Below, in pieces: positions 37,253 through 47,759 of a DNA stretch of 64,000 nt. This DNA comes from an uncultured Prevotellaceae bacterium. GTDB taxonomy: Bacteria; Bacteroidota; Bacteroidia; Bacteroidales; Bacteroidaceae. The position numbers were made by a program, and so were the translations under genes. The first letter of the stretch is position 1; every line of letters begins with the position of its first letter. The notes below the pieces were generated by a model. It did not search any database and was not told where the DNA came from. It saw only the letters and a list, made by a program, of their open reading frames with translations. The stretch spans positions 4,118-68,117 of the forward strand of contig CADCET010000011.1 of assembly GCA_902800495.1 (NCBI GenBank), written 5' to 3'.

Positions 37253-38143
37253 ATGGCAGAAAAAACAAGAATTGAAGAGGCTCTGTCGAAGTACAACCTC
37301 GAAGTGAGCGACCAGGAAGTGCAGGAGGCCGTCAAAGAGATTATCGCCACCAAAGTACATGAGAACGACACGCCTGAAGTGAAGCGCTTCATGTTCGGCA
37401 GTATCGAGCTGACCACGCTGACCACGCAGGATTCCGCTGAGAGCGTTCTCCAACTCGTTGAGAAGGTGAACAAGTTCGACAACGACTACCCGCAGATGCC
37501 CCACGTCGCCACCGTTGTCACCTACCCGCGTTTCACGAAGTTAGTGAGCGAATCGCTTGAAGTAGAAGGCGTTATACCTACTTGCGTCAGCGGTGCCTTC
37601 CCCTCGTCGCAGGCTCTTATCGAGGTGAAGACCGTTGAGACAGGACTCGCTGTACGCGACGGTGCCGGCAATGTTGACATCGTAATGCACGTAGGCGAAT
37701 TCCTGAGCGGCGACTACGAGACCGTCTGTGACGAAATCCAGCAGCAGAAAGAAACCTGCGGCGATGTGCCGATGAAGGTTATCCTCGAAACAGGCGATTT
37801 GGGCTCATGCAAGAACATCAAAATAGCATCGCTCCTCTCGATGTATGCCGGCGCTGACTACATCAAGACTTCTACAGGCAAGGAGAAAATCAGCGCTACG
37901 CCTGAAGCCGTTTATGTGATGTGTCAGGCCATCAAGGAGTACTACGACGAGACGGGCATACAAGTAGGTTTAAAGCCCGCTGGCGGCATTAACAGCGTGA
38001 TGGACGCCCTGATCTACTACACCATTGTGAAAGAGGTCTTAGGCGAGAAATGGCTCACGAATTACTACTTCCGTTTAGGTACCAGCCGACTGGCTAACCT
38101 GCTGTTGAGCGAACTAACAGGCGTAGAAACCAAGTTTTTTTAA
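37253..38143 (+). CDS. deoC: Deoxyribose-phosphate aldolase
   Basis: 'KVILETG', 'GADYIKTSTGK', 'GLKPAGGI', 'RLGTS'. Confidence 0.93.
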   Translation: MAEKTRIEEALSKYNLEVSDQEVQEAVKEIIATKVHENDTPEVKRFMFGSIELTTLTTQDSAESVLQLVEKVNKFDNDYPQMPHVATVVTYPRFTKLVSESLEVEGVIPTCVSGAFPSSQALIEVKTVETGLAVRDGAGNVDIVMHVGEFLSGDYETVCDEIQQQKETCGDVPMKVILETGDLGSCKNIKIASLLSMYAGADYIKTSTGKEKISATPEAVYVMCQAIKEYYDETGIQVGLKPAGGINSVMDALIYYTIVKEVLGEKWLTNYYFRLGTSRLANLLLSELTGVETKFF

Positions 38144-38145
38144 TT

Positions 38146-38447
38146 GACTGGAGTACTGTTTTAGACAAGAGAACTGTTTTAGACATGAGTACATGAGTAC
38201 TTATTTTAGACAGGAGTACAAGAGAACATTTTTAGACAGGAGTACAGGAGAACATGTTTAGACAAGAGTACAGGAGAACATGTTTAGACAAGAGTACAAG
38301 AGAACAGTTCTTTATAAAAACTCAAAAAGTACTCCTGTACTCTTGTACTCATGTCATGTCAAAAAAGGTACTCATGTAATCCTGTCAAAAAGTACTCCTG
38401 TACTTATGTCAAAAAGTACTCCTGGCTGGTAGTGTACTCTTGTCTAA
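38146..38447. repeat. Inverted pair of tandem arrays of ~26-bp units
   Basis: Left arm has about 6 units of TTTAGACARGAGTACARGAGAACA. Right arm has about 4-5 inverted units (AAAAAGTACTCCTGTACTYATGTC). Lies between convergent genes. Confidence 0.9.
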
Positions 38448-39421
38448 TAATTACGCTGGATGACGTACTCGAGATAGGCTGTCAGGGCTTCCTTGACAGC
38501 CTTATCTTTTGTGTATTTTTCGATGAATACGCGAGCTTCTTCGGCTATTTCCTCCATCCGTCGCTCAGCATACTCAATACCGCCCTGTTCTTTTGTAAAC
38601 TCCACAAGAACGGCTATTTCATCGGGATTTACGGTGCCTGCTTTCACTTTACGAGCCAACGTCTGCATCGACTCAAGATGCGAGTTGTTCAGCGCATAGA
38701 TGACGGGCAGTGTCAGCTTGCCTTCTACCATATCGTTACCTGTCGGCTTACCAATGTCCTTCGAATCGAAATAGTCGAAGATATCGTCACGGATTTGGAA
38801 AATCATGCCGATATTTTGTCCGAATTTTGCAGCGGCAGCTATCTCCTCGTCAGTGGCACCTGCCGACAGCGCACCAATCTTCGAACAAGCCTCGAACAAG
38901 GCGGCGGTCTTATTGTTAATTATCTGATAATAAACGTCTTCTGAAATCTCCTGATTCTGAATATTCGACAACTGCAGAATCTCGCCTGCAGCCAACGTGC
39001 GTCCCAGTTCAGCCAACAACTGTATGATTTTCTGATTGTCTGTCAGCGATACGCGCAGCAAGGCTGTAGACAGGATATAGTCGCCCACCAAGACCGCCAC
39101 CTTATTATCATACGTAGCATTCACTGAGGCTTGTCCGCGACGCTCACTACTCTCGTCCACCACATCGTCGTGAACGAGCGAGGCGGTATGCAGCAGTTCT
39201 AGTCCGACAGCGGCATTCTGTGTCACTTGCGACACACGGCCGAAATTCTGGGCCATCAACAAGATCAGCATCGGCCGCATACGCTTTCCGCCACGCTGAC
39301 GGATATGCGAAAGTGCTGAGCCGAGAAGGCCATCACTATGTGTCAACGACGTGTTGAACAACTCCACAAAGTCGTTCAAATCCCGCTCTATAGGCTTCTT
39401 GATAAGCGACAAATAATCCAT
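38444..39421 (-). CDS. Polyprenyl diphosphate synthase (IspB-like)
   Basis: 'GGKRMRP', 'LHTASLVHDDVVD...RRG', 'FQIRDD', 'GKPTGND..EGKLTLP'. Confidence 0.93.
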   Translation of the reverse strand: MDYLSLIKKPIERDLNDFVELFNTSLTHSDGLLGSALSHIRQRGGKRMRPMLILLMAQNFGRVSQVTQNAAVGLELLHTASLVHDDVVDESSERRGQASVNATYDNKVAVLVGDYILSTALLRVSLTDNQKIIQLLAELGRTLAAGEILQLSNIQNQEISEDVYYQIINNKTAALFEACSKIGALSAGATDEEIAAAAKFGQNIGMIFQIRDDIFDYFDSKDIGKPTGNDMVEGKLTLPVIYALNNSHLESMQTLARKVKAGTVNPDEIAVLVEFTKEQGGIEYAERRMEEIAEEARVFIEKYTKDKAVKEALTAYLEYVIQRNY

Positions 39422-39508
39422 ATCGAAAGAATTTTGTGACAAAATTAGTGAAAATCTTCGGATAATGGGAATTTTTTTAGTAATTTTACGCGAAAATTCT
39501 CAAATGTT

Positions 39509-42274
39509 ATGGATAAACTATTCCTTTTAGACGCTTACGCGCTCATTTATCGCTCGTATTACGCCTTTATCAAGAACCCGCGAATCAATTCGAAGGGGCT
39601 CAATACCAGTGCTATCATGGGATTCCTCAACACCCTGAACGAGGTGCTCACCAAAGAGAAGCCCACTCACATCGGCGTCGCCTTTGACCCTCACGGTCCG
39701 ACGTTCCGCAGCGAGGCGTTTCCAGATTATAAAGCCCAGCGCGAAGAGACCCCCGAGGACATTCGCAAGGCCGTACCTATCATCAAGGATCTGCTCAAAG
39801 CCTATCGCATCCCTATCCTTCAGGTCGACGGTTTCGAGGCCGACGATGTCATTGGCACGCTGGCCAAAAAAGCTGATTCCATCGGCACAGAAACCTATAT
39901 GCTGACGCCCGATAAAGACTACGGACAGTTGGTGACTGACCACGTGAAGATATACCGCCCACGTCACGGCGGCGGCTACGAGGTGATGGGACCACAGGAG
40001 GTCTGTGAAAAATACGGCATTCCATCGACAGAATCCGTCATCGACCTCTTGGCGCTGATGGGCGACTCTGCTGACAACTTTCCAGGCTGTCCAGGCGTAG
40101 GTGAGAAAACCGCCGTGAAACTCATCAACGAGTTTGGCAGCATCGAACAGCTTCTGGCTCATTCGTCAGAAATCAAGGGCAAGCTTCGCGAAAAAGTAGA
40201 GGAGCACGTTGACGATATCAAGATGTCGCACTTCCTGGCAACCATCAAAACCGATGTTCCCATCGAACTCGATATGGAACGACTGAAGGTTGTCGACCCC
40301 GACGAAGCCGAACTGGGCAAATTGCTGTCTGAACTGGAGATGAAATCATTCGCGGACAGAGTTCTTAAAAAAAGCCAAAAACATGAAATTCCTGCTAACG
40401 GACAACTCGATTTGTTTGCAGAATTTCCTGCCGACGGGACGAATTTGAGCGAAAATTCGAGTTTTGAGACGGTAAAAACAACGCCTCACGATTACAAACT
40501 CGTTGATAATGAGGAAGAAATGCTGAAAATTCGTGATTATTTCTTGACAAATGAAATTCTCAGTTTAGACACGGAAACCACTTCAACCTCTGCTATCGAT
40601 GCCGAATTGGTGGGTTTGAGCTTCGCTGTGAAGGAATTTGAGGCGTTTTACGTCCCCATTCCAGCCGAACGTGAAAAGGCGTTGCAAATTGTTAATATCT
40701 TTAAATCTGTATACGAAGACCCCAAAATCTTGAAGGTCGGACAGAACTTAAAGTACGATTTAGAAGTTTTAAGAAATTATAACGTTCAGTTACAAGGCCC
40801 GATGTGGGACACCATGATTGCCCACTACCTCATCCAACCCGAGCTTCATCACAACATGGACTACATGGCGGAGATATACCTTAATTATAAAACCATCCAC
40901 ATCGACGAACTCATTGGTCCGAAGGGAAAGAACCAGCGTTCGATGCGCGACCTCTCCCCTACCCTCGTCTACGAATATGCCTGCGAGGATGCCGACATCA
41001 CCCTGCAGCTGAAGAACAAGCTGGAGCCTGAACTGAAGAAGTTTGAATGCGAAAAACTGTTCTATGACATCGAGATGCCGCTGATGCCTGTATTGGCTGA
41101 AATGGAGATGAACGGCGTTTGCCTCGATACAGAATCCTTGCAGGAAACGTCAAAGATTTTCACAGAGCGCATGAACGAATTGGAGAAGCGCATCTACGAG
41201 TTGGCTGGTCAGTCGTTCAATATAGCCTCGCCGAAACAAGTGGGCGAAATCCTTTTCGATAAACTGAAGATTGTGGAGAAGGCCAAAAAGACCAAGACGG
41301 GTCAGTACGTGACGTCGGAAGAAGTGCTGCAACAGTTACGCAACAAACACGAGATTGTATCAGACATCTTGGAACACAGAGGATTGAAGAAACTCATCGG
41401 AACCTACATCGATGCCCTACCGAAGCTGATAAATCCAAGAACAGGACATATTCATACATCGTTCAACCAGACGGTGACAGCTACGGGACGCCTCTCCTCT
41501 TCTGACCCTAACCTGCAAAATATTCCCATTCGAGGCGAGGATGGCAAGGAGATTCGTAAAGCATTCATACCCGAGCCTGGGTGTCTGTTTTTTTCAGCAG
41601 ACTATAGTCAGATTGAATTACGCGTAATGGCCCATCTTTCCAACGACCCGCAGATGATTGCGGTGTTCCGCGAAGGCAAGGATTTGCATGCAGCCACAGC
41701 AGCCAACATCTACAAGAAGCCCATTGAAGAAGTAACGCGCGACGAACGCACCAAATCAAAGCGTGCCAACTTCGGCATTATCTACGGTATCACCGTCTTC
41801 GGTCTTGCTGAGCGTTTGGACATCAGTCGCGACGAAGCCAAGCAGCTCATCGATGGCTACTTTGCCACCTTCCCTGATGTTCACGACTATATGGAGCAAG
41901 CCAAGCAGAAAGCGCGCCAACAAGGTTACGTCACTACGCTCTTTGGTCGCCGCCGCTATCTGCCGGATATCAACAGCGCCAACGCCACCGTTCGCGGCTT
42001 TGCCGAGCGTAACGCCATCAACGCCCCCATTCAGGGCACTGCCGCTGATATCATCAAGGTAGCAATGATTCGCATTCACCAGCGCTTCAAGGCCGAGGGC
42101 ATCCGCAGTAAGATGATTCTACAGGTACACGACGAACTGAACTTCAGCGTCTACCCAGAGGAGCGTGAACAAGTAGAAACCATCGTCCTCGAAGAGATGC
42201 AGCGTGCCTTCCCCCTTAACGTCCCCCTCGTGGCTGACTCCGGCTTTGGCGAGAATTGGTTGGAGGCGCATTAA
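39509..42274 (+). CDS. polA: DNA polymerase I
   Basis: 5'-3' exonuclease 'EADDVIGT', 3'-5' exonuclease 'LDTET', 'TGRLSSSDPNLQNIP', 'ADYSQIELR', 'QVHDEL'. Confidence 0.98.
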   Translation: MDKLFLLDAYALIYRSYYAFIKNPRINSKGLNTSAIMGFLNTLNEVLTKEKPTHIGVAFDPHGPTFRSEAFPDYKAQREETPEDIRKAVPIIKDLLKAYRIPILQVDGFEADDVIGTLAKKADSIGTETYMLTPDKDYGQLVTDHVKIYRPRHGGGYEVMGPQEVCEKYGIPSTESVIDLLALMGDSADNFPGCPGVGEKTAVKLINEFGSIEQLLAHSSEIKGKLREKVEEHVDDIKMSHFLATIKTDVPIELDMERLKVVDPDEAELGKLLSELEMKSFADRVLKKSQKHEIPANGQLDLFAEFPADGTNLSENSSFETVKTTPHDYKLVDNEEEMLKIRDYFLTNEILSLDTETTSTSAIDAELVGLSFAVKEFEAFYVPIPAEREKALQIVNIFKSVYEDPKILKVGQNLKYDLEVLRNYNVQLQGPMWDTMIAHYLIQPELHHNMDYMAEIYLNYKTIHIDELIGPKGKNQRSMRDLSPTLVYEYACEDADITLQLKNKLEPELKKFECEKLFYDIEMPLMPVLAEMEMNGVCLDTESLQETSKIFTERMNELEKRIYELAGQSFNIASPKQVGEILFDKLKIVEKAKKTKTGQYVTSEEVLQQLRNKHEIVSDILEHRGLKKLIGTYIDALPKLINPRTGHIHTSFNQTVTATGRLSSSDPNLQNIPIRGEDGKEIRKAFIPEPGCLFFSADYSQIELRVMAHLSNDPQMIAVFREGKDLHAATAANIYKKPIEEVTRDERTKSKRANFGIIYGITVFGLAERLDISRDEAKQLIDGYFATFPDVHDYMEQAKQKARQQGYVTTLFGRRRYLPDINSANATVRGFAERNAINAPIQGTAADIIKVAMIRIHQRFKAEGIRSKMILQVHDELNFSVYPEEREQVETIVLEEMQRAFPLNVPLVADSGFGENWLEAH

Positions 42275-42358
42275 ACAACATTTTTATGCAAAACTCATTG
42301 TCATTCAGAAAATAATGTGTACCTTTGCACGCTGTAAACAACTACAAAAGATAGAATT

Positions 42359-42847
42359 ATGAAAAAATTGTTTTTTTACATGACGATGATGCTGGCAGCC
42401 GTGATGCTGACGACCAGCTGCAGCAGTGATGATGACAGTCTGAGCGCTGAAGATGCAGCCAAGTTCCTGACAAGTGGCAACTGGCAGGGTTACAGCATCA
42501 AGCAGAGAAAAGAATGGGGAAGCTTCAGAGACAGCGACAACCGCACGTGGAACGTTCTCCGCTTCGACCGTGCTACCCCTACAGCCCTCTACGGCACAGG
42601 CCGTCAGCTTGGCTTTAACACTGAATATATGAACAACGATCCCGAAAAGAGCAACTTCCGTTGGAGCATTAGTGGCGACATCGTCACCATCGCCTACGAG
42701 CAATGGGGTACCGCTACGTTCAACTACAAGGAATTGACGTTGAACAACGACAGATTCATCGGTTACCAGTACGAGACTGATGACGTACGTTATATGTTCG
42801 ACTACAGGAAGGAAGCCTTCACAAAGTGGGATCAATACAATAACTAA
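42359..42847 (+). CDS. Hypothetical lipoprotein
   Basis: Lipobox 'LTTSC' followed by SSDDD. TACCTTTG promoter at 42320. Confidence 0.75.
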   Translation: MKKLFFYMTMMLAAVMLTTSCSSDDDSLSAEDAAKFLTSGNWQGYSIKQRKEWGSFRDSDNRTWNVLRFDRATPTALYGTGRQLGFNTEYMNNDPEKSNFRWSISGDIVTIAYEQWGTATFNYKELTLNNDRFIGYQYETDDVRYMFDYRKEAFTKWDQYNN

Positions 42848-42866
42848 TCGTCAAATCTAATTAGAA

Positions 42867-43967
42867 ATGGCATTAAAATGTGGTATTGTGGGCTTGCCCA
42901 ACGTCGGCAAGTCCACATTGTTTAATTGCTTGTCGAGTGCCAAGGCACAGGCAGCAAACTTTCCGTTCTGTACAATCGAACCTAACGTAGGTGTCATCAC
43001 CGTACCCGATGAGCGTCTGACGAAACTCGCCGAACTGGTACATCCGGGACGTATCGTCCCCGCCACGTGCGAGATTGTAGATATAGCAGGACTCGTGAAG
43101 GGCGCCTCCAAGGGCGAGGGCTTAGGCAACAAGTTCCTTGGCAACATCCGCGAGACGGATGCTATCATCCACGTACTCCGCTGCTTCGAGGACGAGAACA
43201 TCACCCATGTCGACGGCACCATCGACCCCATCCGCGACAAAGAAATCATCGACACCGAACTGCAGCTGAAGGACCTCGAGACCATCGAGAGCCGACTGGC
43301 CAAGACCGAAAAGGCCGCCGCTGCCGGCAACAAGGATGCTAAGGTGGAGGTCACCGTGCTGAAAGCCTACAAGGAGGTGCTGGAGCAGGGCAAGAACGCC
43401 CGTATCGTGGAGTTTGAGACGAAGGAGGAGCAGGACTGCGCCCGCAACCTCTTCCTTCTGACGTCGAAGCCTGTGCTCTACGTCTGCAACGTCGGCGAGG
43501 CCGAGGCGAAGTCGGGGAACGACTTCACGCGAGCCATCGAGAAGATGGCGCAGGAGGAAGGTGCCGAGGCTATGGTTATCGCCGCCAAGACCGAAGAGGA
43601 CATTGCCGAACTGGAGTCATACGAAGACAAGCAGCTCTTTTTGGAAGAACTGGGCTTAGAGGAGAGCGGCGTCAACCGGCTCATCAAGAAGGCCTACGCC
43701 CTGCTGAATCTCGAGACGTTCATCACCGCCGGCGAAATGGAGGTGAAGGCCTGGACTTACAAGAAGGGCTGGAAGGCTCCGCAGTGTGCCGGCGTCATCC
43801 ACACCGACTTCGAGAAGGGTTTTATACGCGCTGAGGTCATCAAGTACGACGACTACCTGCAGTACGGCTCCGAGGCCGCCGTCCGCGAGGCCGGCAAGCT
43901 GGCCGTCGAGGGCAAGGACTACGTCGTGCAGGATGGCGACATCATGCACTTCCGCTTCAACGTGTAA
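42867..43967 (+). CDS. ychF: Redox-regulated ATPase YchF
   Basis: 'GIVGLPNVGKSTLFN', 'NFPFCTIEPN', 'DIAGLVKGASKGEGLGNKFL', TGS domain. Confidence 0.97.
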   Translation: MALKCGIVGLPNVGKSTLFNCLSSAKAQAANFPFCTIEPNVGVITVPDERLTKLAELVHPGRIVPATCEIVDIAGLVKGASKGEGLGNKFLGNIRETDAIIHVLRCFEDENITHVDGTIDPIRDKEIIDTELQLKDLETIESRLAKTEKAAAAGNKDAKVEVTVLKAYKEVLEQGKNARIVEFETKEEQDCARNLFLLTSKPVLYVCNVGEAEAKSGNDFTRAIEKMAQEEGAEAMVIAAKTEEDIAELESYEDKQLFLEELGLEESGVNRLIKKAYALLNLETFITAGEMEVKAWTYKKGWKAPQCAGVIHTDFEKGFIRAEVIKYDDYLQYGSEAAVREAGKLAVEGKDYVVQDGDIMHFRFNV

Positions 43968-44017
43968 CTCCTTAGGTGAGTCGTACACAGAAGAAAAAAA
44001 GTGTTCTTATTGAGGAA

Positions 44018-46030
44018 ATGAGAAAGATTGTCCTATCAATAATCATGCTCCTTACGTCAGGCAAAGGGTGGGCTGACGTTGAAATAAATGAGAAAAACTT
44101 CCCTGACAATAGTTTTCGTAACTGGATCCTGTCGCAGCCATACGGCAAGGACGGCGTATTGACAGACAAGGAGATTGCCGATATTACAGAGGTTCAGGTA
44201 GCCAACAAAAACATCCATAACCTGACGGGAATAGCGTACTTTACGGCATTGGAAAGCCTCCTATCAGACAGGAACCAACTGAAGTCTGTTGATGTGTCGA
44301 GGAACAAGGAGCTGGTCTATTTAAGGATAGAACATAACCAGCTCACCTCACTTGATGTTTCAAGAAACAAGGCATTGAGATTCCTTATGTGTGGAAACAA
44401 TCAGCTGACAGAGCTTAACACGTCAGGCTGTACTGCACTGGAGAAAATACGCTGCTCGGGCAATCTGTTCAGTGGTACAGCGATGGATTCGCTGGTCAAT
44501 AACCTGCCGTCTGTCAGGAAAGGCGAATTGTGTGTCATTGCCTATTCACATGAGCAGAACGCAATGACCTCCTCGCAGGTTGCCGCAGTAAAAGCCAAGG
44601 GCTGGCAGCCCAAACATCTTGTGGAGCGCACGTGGGAAGACTATGCCGGCAGCAAGCCACTTCCTATAGTGATTGCCGACGATGAGGCAGACAGGGACTC
44701 GTCTGTTGTCTTGTCACAATATGTCTTTCCTGAAGAAATAAAGCCCCTCATAGGGACCCGATGGGGACAGAATTACCCTTTCAATCTGCTATGCCCGAAA
44801 ACAGACGACAGCAGCGAACCGAACACCTACAAACTGGCTGGCTGTGGTCCTGTAGCTATGGCGCAGGTGGTGAACTATCATCGCTACCCGTCAATGAGTC
44901 CTGACGGAAAGTATGAATACGACTGGAACCTGATGTTCCACGCGGTAAACCCCAATGTACAAAAAGAGGAAATCGTAGCTGTGGCAAAGCTTATCAGCGA
45001 TTGTGGCGTCTCTTCGCTTACAGAATATGGCGACAACTGGAGCAGCACATCCATTGAATATATCATGGGTGCCATGAAACGCCTGTTCAGATATAGCAAC
45101 TACATGGCCATCTACAACCGTTCCGATTTCCTGACTCCCAGGCGTGACAGTTTGTACCGCCAGCTTATCTTCTCGGAGTTGAAGGCAGGGCGCCCCGTAC
45201 TTTATCGGGGGGCGAATAAAAAGGGACAAGGACACCTGTTTGTCATTGACGGATGCAAGAAAGACAAAGTACATGTCAACATGGGATGGGCAGGCAAAGA
45301 TAACGGCTACTATGACCTAAGCGACCTTTGTGGCTACAGCCAGCAACACTGGATGCTGGTTGGCGTGGCTGACAGCAGTTATCAGGCAGCGACGAAAGAG
45401 GTCACTATCAGCGAGGCAGGCTCCCTCTTAAAGCGGCTCACTCCCGAAGAGCGGCTCACTACCCGCCACATCAAACTGAAAGGAAAGATGAACGAGACCG
45501 ACTTCCATACGCTCCGGGAAATGCTGAAAAAAGGTATGCTACGTACCATCGACATGGAACAGACAGATGTGAAGGCATTGCCCGATACGGCCTTTTCCAA
45601 CTGTTATTACCTATCACACTTCGTGGCACCGCGAACGCTGGAACGTACAGGATATCGCGCATTCTCTCATTGCAGCAATCTCAACTATGCAGTATTCCAT
45701 GACGGCCTGCAAAAGATTGGAGGAGCGGCTTTCAGTGGATGCAGAAACCTACTGGCTGTGAGACTGCCGGCAACAACAACCATTATAGGCTATAATGCCT
45801 ACACAGCATGTCAGACACTGCTATCTGTCACGATTCCTGAAGGCGTATCGGAGATTGGCAATTATGCTTTCTCTAACTGCAAGCACCTTTATGCCATCAC
45901 CTTGCCTAAATCACTACGCAAGATTGGTAAGGAACTGTTCAAGAACTGTGAACGGCTTACACACATTCGCCTGAATCCCGAGAACCCCTTTTATACCGTC
46001 AACGAGAACAAAGAATTCATGAATAAGTAA
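44018..46030 (+). CDS. C10 (streptopain-like) cysteine peptidase flanked by LRR domains
   Basis: Signal peptide, N-terminal internalin-like LRRs, 'WGQNYPFN', 'GCGPVAMAQ' (Cys), 'GHLFVIDG' (His), 'HVNMGWAG', C-terminal BspA-type LRRs. Confidence 0.85.
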   Translation: MRKIVLSIIMLLTSGKGWADVEINEKNFPDNSFRNWILSQPYGKDGVLTDKEIADITEVQVANKNIHNLTGIAYFTALESLLSDRNQLKSVDVSRNKELVYLRIEHNQLTSLDVSRNKALRFLMCGNNQLTELNTSGCTALEKIRCSGNLFSGTAMDSLVNNLPSVRKGELCVIAYSHEQNAMTSSQVAAVKAKGWQPKHLVERTWEDYAGSKPLPIVIADDEADRDSSVVLSQYVFPEEIKPLIGTRWGQNYPFNLLCPKTDDSSEPNTYKLAGCGPVAMAQVVNYHRYPSMSPDGKYEYDWNLMFHAVNPNVQKEEIVAVAKLISDCGVSSLTEYGDNWSSTSIEYIMGAMKRLFRYSNYMAIYNRSDFLTPRRDSLYRQLIFSELKAGRPVLYRGANKKGQGHLFVIDGCKKDKVHVNMGWAGKDNGYYDLSDLCGYSQQHWMLVGVADSSYQAATKEVTISEAGSLLKRLTPEERLTTRHIKLKGKMNETDFHTLREMLKKGMLRTIDMEQTDVKALPDTAFSNCYYLSHFVAPRTLERTGYRAFSHCSNLNYAVFHDGLQKIGGAAFSGCRNLLAVRLPATTTIIGYNAYTACQTLLSVTIPEGVSEIGNYAFSNCKHLYAITLPKSLRKIGKELFKNCERLTHIRLNPENPFYTVNENKEFMNK

Positions 46031-46196
46031 AGTCTTCATGGGTTTGTAAAGAAAGTGACAGAGTTGTTTGGCAGTCCGCCTGCTTTTTCGTAACTTTGCC
46101 GCGAAATTGTGCACCGACATGACAAAATACCCTATTGGCATACAAGATTTCGAGAACCTCCGCCAGGGTGGACGAACCAAAAAAGAATCATAGAAT

Positions 46197-47024
46197 ATGA
46201 AACAATTACTGTTATACATCATCTGGAACCCCTCGATAGAGGCATTCTCGCTGGGACCGCTGACATTCCGCTGGTACTCGCTGTGCTGGCTCATCGGCCT
46301 GACACTGGCTTACTTCGTTGTCAAGCGGCTGTACAAGGAGCAGAAAATCAAGGACGAGCTGTTCGACCCGCTGTTTATCTACTGCTTCCTCGGCATACTT
46401 ATCGGCGCCCGTCTGGGCCATTGCATCTTCTACCAGCCCGACTACTTCCTCACGTCGTTCAAGGGCTTCGTCGAGATGCTGCTGCCCATCCACATCATGC
46501 AGGACGGCTCGTGGAAGATGACGGGCTACGCCGGACTGGCATCTCACGGCGGTACGGCAGGCCTCATGCTGGCGCTGTGGTTATACTGCAAGCGCACCAA
46601 ACTGAGCCTGTGGACGGTACTCGACAACATCGCCATAGCCACCGGCACCACAGCCTGCTTCATACGCTTGGGCAACCTCATGAACAGCGAGATTATCGGC
46701 AAGGCCACCGACGTGCCCTGGGCCTTCATCTTCGAGAAGGTCGACATGCTGCCCCGCCATCCCGGCCAGCTCTACGAGGCCATCGCCTACGCCCTGCTCT
46801 TCGTCATCCTGTGGGTACTCCACAAACGCATACCCGAGAAGATAGGTACCGGCTGGTACTTCGGCTTCTGCCTGGCCTACATCTTCACCTTCCGCTTCTT
46901 CATCGAGTACACGAAGGAGATTCAGGAAGCCTTCGAAGCCTCCCTGCCCATCGATATGGGACAAATCCTCTCCATACCCTTCATCGTCATCGGCGTGTAC
47001 TGCATGATAAGGGCAAGAAGGTAG
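46197..47024 (+). CDS. lgt: Prolipoprotein diacylglyceryl transferase
   Basis: 'RWYS', 'GARLGH', 'GLASHGG', '[12 protein letters not shown]', 'RHPGQLYE'. Confidence 0.96.
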   Translation: MKQLLLYIIWNPSIEAFSLGPLTFRWYSLCWLIGLTLAYFVVKRLYKEQKIKDELFDPLFIYCFLGILIGARLGHCIFYQPDYFLTSFKGFVEMLLPIHIMQDGSWKMTGYAGLASHGGTAGLMLALWLYCKRTKLSLWTVLDNIAIATGTTACFIRLGNLMNSEIIGKATDVPWAFIFEKVDMLPRHPGQLYEAIAYALLFVILWVLHKRIPEKIGTGWYFGFCLAYIFTFRFFIEYTKEIQEAFEASLPIDMGQILSIPFIVIGVYCMIRARR

Positions 47025-47030
47025 CTTATT

Positions 47031-47128
47031 TATACCTTTTAGGGTATAATTGTATATCTGACACTCACAAACCATCCCTTTCGGGTATATTTTTTATAAT
47101 AATCATTAAAATTATACCCGAAAGGATG
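47031..47128. promoter_or_regulatory. Three HipB-type operator-like palindromes
   Basis: tataccttttagggtata (47031-48), catccctttcgggtata (47073-89) and tatacccgaaaggatg (47113-28), upstream of promoter TATATTTG (~47150). Confidence 0.6.
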
Positions 47129-47186
47129 CAGTTAACATAAAATTATAGTATATTTGCACCGTTTTTACATAAACAAGTTAAACGGA

Positions 47187-47429
47187 ATGGCTGAACAGAA
47201 CAGACTGTCGAAATATGTAAAGGCGATGCGCCGACAGTACGGGCTGACACAGGAAGACCTGTCGGCCAAGTCGGGGGTAGGCTTGCGCTTCATCCGCGAT
47301 TTGGAGCAGGGCAAAGCCACGCTGCGCACAGACAAGGTGAACTGCGTGCTGAACCTGTTCGGTGCGGAGCTGGGCGTTGTTTCCTTAAACGACGGCCATT
47401 CCCTGTCAGTTGAGGATAGCAGCTTATGA
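47187..47429 (+). CDS. HipB-like HTH (y4mF family) regulator/antitoxin
   Basis: 'RRQYGLTQEDLSAKSGVGLRFIRDLEQGKATLR'. Confidence 0.85.
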   Translation: MAEQNRLSKYVKAMRRQYGLTQEDLSAKSGVGLRFIRDLEQGKATLRTDKVNCVLNLFGAELGVVSLNDGHSLSVEDSSL

Positions 47430-47755
47430 GACAGGCCAACATATACTATCGCGACAAGCTGGCCGGCCAGCTCACCGAGGATGCCGACGGCTACACCTTC
47501 GCCTACGATGCGGACTATCTGAAGTCGATGGGGGCTGAGCCTGTAAGCCTGACACTGCCGCTGACGCCGGAGCCTTACCGCTCGAAAGTGCTGTTCGCCT
47601 TCTTCGACGGCCTGATTCCCGAAGGGTGGCTGCTGAACATCACGACGAAAAACTGGAAGATAAACCCCAACGACCGCATGGGCCTGCTGATGACCTGCTG
47701 CCAGGACTGCATCGGAGCCGTCGGCGTGGTAGGTATCAATAACGAAGAGGAGTGA
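47426..47755 (+). CDS. Stand-alone HipA N-terminal domain protein (HipS-like)
   Basis: 'AGQLTED..GYTFAYD...VSLTLP...FFDGLIPEGW...DCIGAV'. Confidence 0.85.
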   Translation: MRQANIYYRDKLAGQLTEDADGYTFAYDADYLKSMGAEPVSLTLPLTPEPYRSKVLFAFFDGLIPEGWLLNITTKNWKINPNDRMGLLMTCCQDCIGAVGVVGINNEEE

Positions 47756-47759
47756 GCCG

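Noticed and set aside
38146-38447. CRISPR array
   Set aside because: Units abut with no unique spacers, half the array is inverted, and there are no cas genes in the window.
47129-47160. dif-like site (minus strand ggtgcaaatat..ttatgttaact)
   Set aside because: The spacer would be 9 bp rather than 6, and the left arm is just the TATATTTGCACC promoter.
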